From Terriglobales bacterium (lineage in GTDB: Bacteria > Acidobacteriota > Terriglobia > Terriglobales > Acidobacteriaceae): 64,000 bases of DNA. Numbering within the stretch: the stretch's first letter is position 1; every line of letters begins with the position of its first letter. Under the pieces are notes generated by a model that made no database searches, had not been told where the DNA came from, and saw nothing but the letters and a program-made list of their open reading frames with translations. The DNA lies in the NCBI GenBank assembly GCA_049511255.1, contig JBEKYF010000005.1, positions 32,836-96,835 of the forward strand, in the 5' to 3' direction. This document shows positions 37,396 through 49,300 of the stretch, one piece after another. A program made the translations under genes and the position numbers.

Positions 37396-40300
37396 ATGAA
37401 ACGCATCGCGTCACAATTACTGGTGATCGGGCTCAGCTATCTGTTGTGCGTCCCAATCAACGCGCAGCAACAAGCGGTACAGCAGCAGATTGTGCCCGAC
37501 GGCAAAACCAATACGACCGTCAAAGTGAACGGTAAAACGACCGACGTCACAACCTCCACGGTGCAGGGCACCGTCGCCTACAATTCGTTTTCCACGTTTA
37601 ACGTCGCCAAAGGCAACACCGTTGATCTTGTGCTTCCGAGCGGCAGCCTCGATCTTCTCAATCTTGTCAACTCACAGGCCATCAACATCTGGGGCGTCCT
37701 CAACTCGATTCAGAACGGCAAAATTGGAGGCAACGTTCTCTTCGCCGATCCTTTTGGAATGGTGGTAGGCAAGAGCGGCAGCGTCAATGTGGGCGCTTTG
37801 ATGCTCATCACGCCGACCAAAGCATTCATGGATTCCTTGTTTACTGCGGGCGCGCCTTCTGCGGCCAACACGTCCGCATTGCTGAGCGGGGCAGTGCCGA
37901 TTAGTTCGGACGGCATGATTCTGGTTCAAGGCAGGATCAACACAATTTCTGACGCAGTGCTCGTAGGTCAAAACGTAACCAATTCCGGCAAGATTGCTTC
38001 GGGCGCGGTCTTTGCGAGCAGCCAACCCGACTTCAGTGACGTGGTCAACGTAAACGGACTGGTTGCCGGCAATGCGCTCTCCACTCAGAACGGGAATATC
38101 GAAATCGTTGCGCAAGGAGATTTTCAGAACTCCGGTCAGATCCGCACCGACGGCGCAAACAACCTTGATGCGGGAAATATTTCCATTCAGGCGGGAAACG
38201 ACGTAACTCTTAGTTCCGGTTCGCTGATCAGCGCCAGCGGCGAGGGCCAGAACTCCAACGGCGGAGGAATCAAGATTTGGGCGTCGCATGATGCGGAATT
38301 CGATCAGGGTGCTGTGATTGCGGCAAGAGGCGGAAACGTATCTGGTAGTGGCGGCGCCATTGAACTCAGCGCCAAGGATACAGTGAAGCTGGCTGGTGGA
38401 GCTTTCAATGGCGGGGCAACGGACGGAAAGAACGGCAGCGTGCTAGTGGATCCGACGGACACCGATGTTGCCGTGAACACACCGACCGGCGGTGCGGATT
38501 ACACCAACACCGGCGACACCTTCGAGGTGGAGCCGGGCGTGACTATCGGCACGCAGAACTCCACTGCGGGAGGCAACTCCGGAAACATTTCGATCAATGA
38601 GACGACTTCGATCAACATCAAGGGGGGCGCCACGCTGGATGCGTCGGCGACTGGCGGCGGGACTGCTGGAAATGTGTCCCTCGCGGTGAACAATAGCGTC
38701 AGCAAGAGCTGGAGTTCGGGCTCGACCAACGACAACACATTCAATACAACCCAAGCGAATGCGAGCATCACGATCGGCTCTGGAGCGGTGATCAAGGGCC
38801 AGGACATCAGCCTTTCTGCGACCGCTACGGACAGCAAGACCGCGACCATCAGCGAAACCGCCGATGGCAGCCGGACGGCGGCGCCGGATGGGTTGTGCGT
38901 ACTGTTTGGCAGCAGCGGCAGTTGCGGCAGTAATACCAGCGCGCTCTCCATAACTGACAGCATTTTAGGTCTGCTCAACGCCAACAGCTACGCGGGCGGA
39001 ATCCTTTCCCAGGCTACCGCGAACATTCAAATGGGCGGGAATATTACGGCGACAGGCAAAGTGACCATCGATTCCGAAGCCTCTTCCACCGCCAAGTTCA
39101 CCGCCAACGGCCTGTACATTACTTATGCGGAGTCCGACGCAACCGCCATGGCGCAAGTCCTCAGCGGGGCGAACATCACGGCAACCGGCGACGTAGATGT
39201 GACCGCGCACTCGACCAACAATCTGACGAATACGGGCAAGGCGGTGGCGGGGCAGAGCAACAACAGCAACACGGTGACACAGACCGGTCCGGCGGTGGTG
39301 TTTGTGTACAGCGACGGGAGTTCGAAGTCGATTGCGGGATTGGAGCAGGGCTCGACGGTAAACGCAGCGAACGTGAATCTGCTGGCCAAGAACGAAAACA
39401 GCTTCCAGACCCAGGCCCAGCCCAGCGTGAATGGCGACGGCAGTTCGACTCAGCAATATGGTGCGGGAGCGGCGCTGGCCATCAGCAACACCAATTCGTC
39501 CACCGATTCGCACATCAACGGGACAGTGACGGCGACGGCGGCGGTTACTTCGGATGCAGAATCGCTAGACAACAAGAAAGAAACCGACGCAACGGCGGTA
39601 GTAAAGAACAGCAATAGCGACGACAATTCGAGCAACACCAGCAGTGCTAACAGCAAAGTCACCGGCTCATCGAATGCCGTGGAAATCGGTGCGGGAGTAG
39701 CGATCGCGAACGATTCGAATACTGCGTCGTCCACAGTCGGGCCGAACGCAGTGATCAACGCGACCGGCAATGTAACCATCGAGGCGAACGCCAGCGACAA
39801 ATTTAAGGAAGACGTCTCCGGTTCTGCGGATACCGCTTCGACGATCAGCGCGGGCGGCGCGGTAGCGATCGCCGATTACACCAATACGGCCACCGCTTCG
39901 GTGGACCAGAATGCGGATGTCACCTCTGGCGGGACCGTAGACGTGAAGGCCACCGCCGAAATGCCAAATGACCTGGCGGCAGACTTGATTGACGTCGAGC
40001 AGTTCCTGGAGAATTTCAGCGTTTCTGGAAGCGTCAGCGACTTGAAGACTTTCCTGGGCAACAGCACATCGAGCGTAAGCGGTTTGCAGAGCGCGTACAA
40101 CAGCATCAAGACCGCCTACAAAAACCTGACAGACGGCACGACGACATCAGTTTCGAGCACCGGCCAGCCGGGCGGCGGCGGAGTAGGCGTGGCAGGCGTA
40201 GTAACCGCATTGACAGCCAACAATACGGCGACAGCATTTGTGGATCAGGGCGCAACGGTGAAGTCGACAGCAGCGACGGTGGAAGCTAGCGCAACCACTC

Positions 40301-43300
40301 AGTCCACCAACGACGCCGGCACCAGCACTGCGCAGAATTCCAAGGACTCCACGCAGAACAACACCGGTAGCAGTTCGCCTCTGGGATCATTCGGCGGCAC
40401 CTACGCCGGGATCACCTACAACGACACCGCAACTGCATACATCGCGGACGGCGCCACGGTGAATACCAGCGGCGGCGACCTCAACGTAACCTCCACCGCC
40501 AACAACTTTATGGCGAATCTGGTGGCGGCAGGCCAGAGCAGTGGCGGAACACTTGGAGTATCTGGCGCAATTTCCGACGTGACCATCAACAGCAAGTCCA
40601 CCGCGTATATCGAAGATCAGGCACAAGTGAATGTCACCGGCAACGTGAAGGTCGATGCGGAAAATACCACCCGGGCATACCAGATCGCGGACGACACCAA
40701 CAGCGCGCAAACCGTGTCTATCGGCGCAACCGTCGGCAGTTTGAATATCAACGACACGACCGATGCATTCATCGGCGACAACGGCACCCCCACCGGCTAT
40801 CCGATCGGACAAGTGACTGCGACTGGCAACGTGACTGTGACCGCGGACAATTTGGACCGCCTGATGGCGCTGGCGGCTTCCTCGGTTAAGAACAGCAACG
40901 GCAAAACCAACAGCGGCGGTGCAAACGGAAACGGCAAGATGCCTTCGTCGGGTTCGAGCAACGGGACCAACAATACTTCGGACTCCAACCCGCAGACCAA
41001 TGCGGGCGGCTACAACTTTGGAATCGGCGTTTCCGGAGACGTCGCGTTCAACAACATCACGGACGTAACCAAAGGCTATATCAGCAATGGCGTGACGGTG
41101 AACGCTGCCGCAACAACGGTGAGCGCTCAGGACCAGACCCTGGTTGTTGCCGCGGATGGCGGGTTGGTGCGCTCCAGCACCGCCGGATTGCAGGGTTCAC
41201 TCGCGGACAACTCAATTACTAAGACGACGGAAGCCTACACCAACGGAGTAACGATCGACACTGGAAGCCTGTCGGTAACTTCGAACTCCTCGGACATCGT
41301 TCTGGCTCTGAGTGCGGGTGGCGCCGGCGACAGCTCAAGCAGCAGCCAAGTGGCTAGCCTAGCTGGCTCGGCGGTCGACAACAACATTACCAACAACACG
41401 ACGGCGTCAGTTGACAACTCGACCGTCGCCGGGACCGCTGGTGGAGTTACACCTACCGGCGCCGTTACAATTTCTGCGACCAATCGCGATACGGGTTATT
41501 CCGTCGCCGGAGCCTTTGACTACAGCTCGGGTGATGTGGGCGTCGGCGTCAGTCTGGATATTGGAGTCCTCGACAACACCGTGACAGCCCGTGTAGGCAC
41601 CGGATCTAACATCAATTCGAACAACAACGTGCAGGTTACCTCGAGTGATGATGAGAATCAGCTGGCGGTATCGGCGGATCTTGCCTCAAGCGCCGACTTT
41701 AGCGTTGCTGCGTCCATCGCTTATCAGAAGCTTACCAAGGATGTGGAAGCGTACATCGCGGACGGAGCAACGGTTAAAACGACGGGTGGCACGACACACG
41801 ATATAAGCGTCAACGCCAACGACGACCAGGGCGGCAGCTCGCTCGGATTGCCATCCGGATTAATTCAGATCGCCGGAACCTTTGCTGACGGCAGTGACGT
41901 CGGCTTGGGTGCTGCCGGTTCGGTGAGCACTACGACCAAAACCGTGACGGCGTCGATCGGAAACTCTTCCAACGTAACAGCCAGCGGCGACGTCGATGTC
42001 GCGGCTCTGACCAGCGACAACCTGTACTTGTTTGCCGGTGGCGGCGCAATTGGAGAAACCGCCGGCTTCATGGGTTCCGCGATCTTTAACAATGTTAACA
42101 ACAACACTTCTGCAGCCATCGGCAGCTCGACGGTCTCCGCCAACAACGTGAATGTGAACGCTAACGACACGCTCAACGTGGTGGATGCTGCGGGAGGCTA
42201 CTCGGGATCGAGTACGGCCTCGGTGGGTGCCGGTGGTGACCTTGAGTTCATCGGAACCCTCGGCAACCCGCAAACTGTTTCCGCTTCCATTGGTTCTGGC
42301 GCGAATGTCACCGCCGCGAACAACGTGAACGTGACCGCCAAGCAGACTCAGACAGCGGTTTCTGTTGCGGCCGACGCAGGATTTGGCGGGGACGTGACGG
42401 TCATCGGTTCCGGAACCGTTCTTGACTACAATACCGACACGTTCGCTTCGTCGAGCGGCAACGTAAACGCGGGTGGCACGCTGGACGTGAGTGCCGATCG
42501 TGAGACCAATCTGACCACCGTCGCCGGGCAGGCCGCTCTTGGTGGCACCGCCGGAATTGGTATCGCAGTCTCCTTTATAGATAAAAGCGACAGCGTCTAT
42601 GCCTATGTCGGAGGTGGCACATCGAATGTTGGCGGATTGGAAGTTTCCGCGACCGGTAACGACACGCTTACACCAGTCGCTGCTGGCGGCGCGCTGAGCG
42701 AGGCCGTTGGCGTGGCCGGCTCGGCGGTTGTGAATATTTTGAACGAAACCACGGACGCCTACATCGGCGAAGAGACACCCACGCCCGGCTCGATCCCGCC
42801 GGTTAACTTCGGCGCTTCGGGCCCTACAGTGAATGCCGGCGCGGGAGGTGTGTCGGTTACTTCGACCAGCAACACCAACCTCACTCCAAGCGTGGCTGGC
42901 GCCATCGGAATTGGCATTGACGTGGGTGCGGCCGCGGCTGCCGACGTGACCACCATTACTAAGGACACCACTGCTGAGGTCTACTACGCGGCGAATGTCA
43001 ACTCGACCGGCGACGTTTTGGTGGGCTCAAACTCCGAAGAGCTAGCCGATTCCCTCGGGATTTCCGGCGCGGGCGGTGTGTACGCGGGTGTTGCCGTAGC
43101 AGCTTCCGTGTACATCATCAATGACACGACAAACGCCTCGATTGACGACGGCGCGACGGTCAAAGCAACCGATAGCGTAGGCGTCAGCTCGAACGACCAA
43201 ACGGACCTGGATCTGCTTGAAGGCCATATCAGCGGAGGCATCGCCGGTATCGGTGCGGCGCTCGCGTTTGCCGACGTGACAAAGAACACCAATGCATGGG

Positions 43301-46300
43301 TTGATGGATCGGTGACAGCGGAAGGAAACGGTTCGGCGATCAACGCCGACAATGGAACCTTCAAAATAAGTTACGTTCCCTTCGGCTCGGGAGCCACGTC
43401 ATACGGCGCGCAAGTTCCCAACTCGAACAGTGATTTCTCTTCTAATCTCATGTTTACAGGTGAACGGCGCGCTACTCCGAACACGAACAAGGTCAACGGT
43501 CTTGCGGTTACCGCGACGTCAGAGAATGATTACAATACGGTGGCCGCCGGTGCCTCGGGCGGTTTCGTGGGGGTCGTAGCGAACGGCTCAATCCTGCTGC
43601 TGAACAACAACACCAAGTCCGAGATCGGCACGGGTGCGTCTATTGCCAACGGGACGGACTCTGTCCTGGTTGCGGCCGGAACCGATGTTGGCCATATCGG
43701 CAGCGCCCTCGGGGTGGCGGGCGGATTCGTCGGGGCGGGAGCGGGTTTTGACGTCAGTATCATCTCAAATAACACGACAGCCGACATCACCAACGCATTT
43801 GTAGATGTCAACGGCAATGTAGCCGTCAATGCCAACGCCGGCGAAGACGTTGTCTCGCTTGTTGCAGGCGTCTCTGGCGGATTCGTTGGTGCGACCGGCT
43901 CCGTTTCCGTCTCCGAGTTGAATGACAAGACGAAGGCATACATCAGCGGGAACAGCGCGACTGCCGGAGGTAATCTGTCGGTGAACTCCAACGACACTAC
44001 CGACGTCCTCCTGTTGGTCGGTGCCGTGGGGGGCGGTGCTGTCGGGGTGGGCGGCTCGGTCGCCGTTGATCTGGTGACGAAGGATACCGAAGCTTACATC
44101 GATAACGGCACCAGCACGATGGCTGGCGGCTCGACCAAAGTAGCTGCCAACTCAAGCGAACAGCTCTCGGACGGAACGATTGCCGGTGGAGGAGGCGTCT
44201 TCGCGGGCGCAGCCGGAGCAGTGTCTGTCGAGTCCGACAATTCCTCAACTAGCGCCACTGTTGGCACGGGCGCAGACACCGCCGGGAACGGCCTGACTGT
44301 TTCTGCCCAGAACACGGCCAACGCGACCAGCTTCGTTGGCACGGTCGGCGGCGCACTCTTTGGCGCCACTGCCGGCAGCGTGGACGTGGGCAACATCGAG
44401 AACCCGACTTCGGCCGAGATCGTCGGAGCGAACGTCAATACGACGGGCGGGGACGTGGACGTCTCCGCGACTGAAACCCGCAACATTAACAGCCAGGCCA
44501 TCAGTGGAGGGACTGCCATCGGAGCAATTCAAGCCTCCGTGATCGACTGGGGCGTGAGCGCTGGGGTAAACACGAGCGGCGCGGGACTTACCACCTCGAA
44601 TCCTCTGGACGGTTCAAGCTACGGAGGGGGCAGCGGCACGGTTTATAACGGTGCCGACAACCAATCGAATAGTGCGGCATCGCAGGGTTCCGGCATGCTT
44701 GGCGAGTTCGGAGGCGGCTCGGCAGGTACGCAGGCAGCCAAGGGAAATTCCGACCTCGTCGCGAGTACAGGCGGCACCCCAGTGAGCAATGCGGTAACTG
44801 AGGCTCCGCCGGCAAAGGGCACGACTGCGGAGATTGATGGTGGTTCCGTTACATCTGCGGGCGCGGTCAATGTGACTTCCAGTGACACCACGAACATGAA
44901 ACTGTCGGCTGGCGGTGCCAGCGTAAGCGCTATCGGGGTCGGTGCTGCCGTCGACATCGCCAGCGTGAACACCAGTAGTACGGCGGAGATTATCGGCGGG
45001 AGCCAAGTCTCGGCTAACGGAAATGTAGTCGTCGATGCCGGCCGCACGGACAACGTCAATGGCCAGGCACTCGATGGCCAACTTGGCTTTGCCTTTGGAG
45101 GCGGCGCAGCCGTTACCGTAGTGACCGATAAAGGCACGACGGACGCGGAGACGGACGCGACGGTTAGCCAGACCAGCTGTTTGCAGGTTACCGCCAGCAC
45201 CATGAGGGACGACAGTGCTACCAGCGGTCAGGTTTCGGTCGGCACGGTCGGGGCCGGATACTCCTACGCATCCGTCAATGAAGTGGGCAACACCACGGCA
45301 CAAATCGATGGCGGGTCCATGACCCTTCCGGCGGTACAAAGCGTGCAGGTTTCGGCGGATGACAACTCCGCTGCGTCTGCAAGCAGCACTGCCATCTCCG
45401 CTGGCATCATCTCCATTGGTGGAGGAGAAGCTGATACCACGATCAATCCCACTGTGGACGCGCACATTGCCGGCGGCACCACCGTGGACACCGCCGCGCC
45501 CACCCAAACTAATCCGAGCGCGGGTGACGTGCAAGTCCTCGCCAGCGCGGAAGAAGAGGCGTACTCCAACACGACGGGAGTGAACGCCGGCGCAGCAAGC
45601 ATCGGCGTCGGTTCTATCGCCCAGGCCACCAGCTCCCCCAAGATCGATGCTTACATTAACGGCACCGTGAATGCGGGCGGGGATGTCACTGTTGCTGCCA
45701 GATACAACTACAATTCCAGCGACCAGCCCATGTCCGCCCCCTGCGACAACCTGGGCATCAACACTTGCTCCGACTTGGCCGCACAAGCCACCGGCTCGGC
45801 AGGGTCACTGTTTGCGAACGTCGGCAATGGTGCCCAGGCTTATGCCACCACGTCGCCGTCAGTGAGTGCCTACCTTAACGGTGCGACCGTGACCAGCGCT
45901 GGCACCGTCAGCATCCATTCCGACTCCGGAAGCTCGGTCTATACGGACGCCGATAGCTCCTCCGGCACTCTAGGTGTGAGCCTGTCCGGCGATACCAACG
46001 CGATCAGCCAAATTTCCAATGAGAACTCCGCTTATGTCCAGAGCAGCACGGTGAAGTCAAACAACTTCCTGCTGTCGGCGCAGTCCACAGACGACGCCGT
46101 GGGTGCGAACGCCTCGGGCTCAAGTCTCGGCTTGTTGGCGGGGGTGGGTACCACCAACGCGAATTCAGCAGTCGGCGGTACCACCGAAGCGCAACTGGGG
46201 GGCACCACCACGATCAACGCCAAAAACGATGCGAGCATTCTGGCGACGGTCTCCGAACAGGCATCTGCCAACGCCAATGAAAGCAGCGGCGGCCTCGGTG

Positions 46301-49300
46301 GCGCCGCGAACACGCTTGCGGCTGTGGGCAATGTGAACCTGGCGTCCGACTCCTACTCCTCAGTGGACACGCCCCAAGTAGTCGTGCCAGCGGGCACGAC
46401 TATCAACGCGAACACGTCCACTGTGGAGGCCGACCTGGCGCAAGCCTTATTCAGCGCTAGCGCCAACACGAATGTCTATGCAGGGTACGGCGAATCCAAT
46501 TCGACCGCGTGGGTGTTCGTACCGGATGACCCAACCGTGTATGTTCAAGGCAATATCGCCGCGCTGCAAAAGCTTTCGATCATCGCCACAGTGAACAATA
46601 ATTCCAGCGACGTGAAAACCTATGGTTACGCCAACGCGCACACCACTGGAGTTACCGGCCCCGGATCCACGGGCACAGACGACAACACTACAGATTTCGA
46701 ACCATCCGTGACCGTGGGCCCCGGTACCACCCTGACCACGGATAACCTCTACATCGAAGCCACTACACCCGTCCCGCCTTCGGGCAGCAACCCCTACTGG
46801 TCGAATTATGCTAACGGGACAAGCGACTGCATATGCCCCCCGGGCAGCAGTAACTCGGAAGGCCAGTATACGTTTGGTCCCGGCACTGGCATCACTTTGA
46901 ACGCGACCATCATCGAGCCGGGAACCGCAAACCCGAGCCTGATGGTAGATGCGAGTGGGAACGAGACCGGAAATGTCACGGCCCCGGAGAGTGAGGACGA
47001 CATAGTCGTTCCCAACCTCATCAACACGAACACCGCGTCCATCACCTTGAACACGCCATCCGGGTTTACGGCGGGCGCCTCCACGGTGCATGACGACACA
47101 TCCTGGTCAACCGTGACCATAATCAACAAGTCCAGCTACGATCTGGTCATCAATAGCATCCAGCCGTTCTCAGACAGCGGTGCACCGACCGTCAGCGTTG
47201 TTTCGGACCCCAGCAGAAACAACGAGGTCTTTACCTTCACAAGCGACAACACAACGCCGCAGATTACGATTGAAAACACCTCACCCACGGCGGTCACCGA
47301 TATCTACCTGAATGGCGCCATCACCGATCCGACCGGTAGTGTGACCATGTCGGCCTTGCTCGGCAGCATCCTGCCGCTGTCCAGCAGCAACGAAACGGAG
47401 GCCACGACCATCTCGCTGACCGCTAACCACGGGAACATCGGAATGTCCGGCGATCCGCTGAACCTCAGCTTGGTTCCGGTCGAGGGGCTCACGGAAACCG
47501 CCGCCCCCGCCGTGCCCGCCACCCTCGATATCCTGGCTGGCCAGAACTTGTACGCCAGCCTGACAGCGCTGGAATTCTTCCGGCCTGGAGATTCCGTTCC
47601 GCCAATCACAAATGTGCCCGCCAACCTGTACTCTATCGAGGCCGGCGACGCTATTGATCTGAACCTTAATCCAGGAATCGCGGAGATTCCGACGCTCGAG
47701 ACGGTGTTCTTGAACTGTTGTTCCGGTGCGACGACCACGATGTATGTCGACGTGCCTCATACCGTGAATGGCGTGTACAACGTCACGCACGACATCACTG
47801 CGGGCGGCGACGTCCTGGTGAATGCGCCGGCGTTGACCACGCTGAACATGGATACGGGAAGCACCATCACCAGCGGTTTCGCGAGCCTCGGCTTCACCGT
47901 CAACTCGGGCGGCACGTACTCAAGCACGCCCATCTTTGTCAACTACAGCAACACCATCGATAACAACAACGTGGTGATGCAGAGCCTGCAGCAACAGGGC
48001 GGCAACTTCACCATCGCTGGCAGCGGCGCGCTCACGGGAACCGGCACGATCAACGTTCTCAACGGCTACACCAACGTAAACATCACCAACAATTCGAACG
48101 CCAACCTGGTCATGAACAACCTTAGCTTCGATACACCCGTGACCGGAACCGTTTCGATCTTCGGCACCAGCGAATCTCTGAGCGGCACCTATACGGCAGG
48201 CGGCGCCAACATCTCCCTGACAAAGACTAACAACACAACCTCAACGATCACCATCAGTGAAAACGGCACGAGTGGGAACATCGATCTTGGCGGCTCCATC
48301 AACAACATGAGCGGCTTGACCACGATTTCCTCCGCGAATGGCAACATCGTGAACACCGGTGGCAGTTCCGAACTGGTGGAGTCCAACTTCATCACGCTGA
48401 ACGCCGCGAATGGAGCGGTTGGCTCCTCTGGTACACCGATCAACGTTCAGGTGGATAACGGCTACATTAATTCCGCTGCGAAGAACGACATCGCGTTGGA
48501 CCAGGTGACTGGCAACCTGCTGGCGGGTTCTATCAGTTCAACCGCCGGTAATGTCTACCTGACTTCGGCTGGTTCCATCCTTGACGGCAACGGCTCCAGC
48601 AGCCTGGTTTCGGGGGGCAACATTACTTTGGACGCGATCGCTGGGGCAATCGGCACAAGCTCCAGCGCGTTGCTCATTGACGCCACCGGCAATTTGACCG
48701 GACAAGCGCAAACCGGCGCATACATCACGCAGACCACCGGTCCGATGAACGTCAATAACGTCACATCCAACACGGGCAACATTACTCTGAGCGCGTCTAA
48801 CGGTAACGTGAATCTCGGCACGAACAGCGTGGATGCACTCGCTCCCAATACCAGCACAGCCAGCGTGGTAACGATCAACGCCAATGGCAACATCAATGAC
48901 AGCTCGACGAGCACCGCCATCAGCGGCGACACGATCGTGCTGAACAGCACCAGCACCACCGGAAACATCGGCAGCCCCGGCAACCCGATTGAGGTGAGGA
49001 ATTCCCTGAACGCGCCGGGAGTCGTTTCCGGCTCGACGATCAACGGCAACATGTACGTCAACGAAACGGTTGGCGCGATGAACGTGGGAACGATCACGTC
49101 CACCGGCGGCACCGTGAACCTGAGCACGACTTCTGGGCCGATTCTGAACGGCGACGGCATACTGGGCATGCCCGCCAACGTCAACGTCACCGCGCCGAAC
49201 ATCAACCTGACTTCCAATGGCTCAACCATCGGTACGTCCTTGAACGCGCTGGACGTCAATAACACTTCATCGACGGGTGGTTTGAACGCCACCGCGCCCG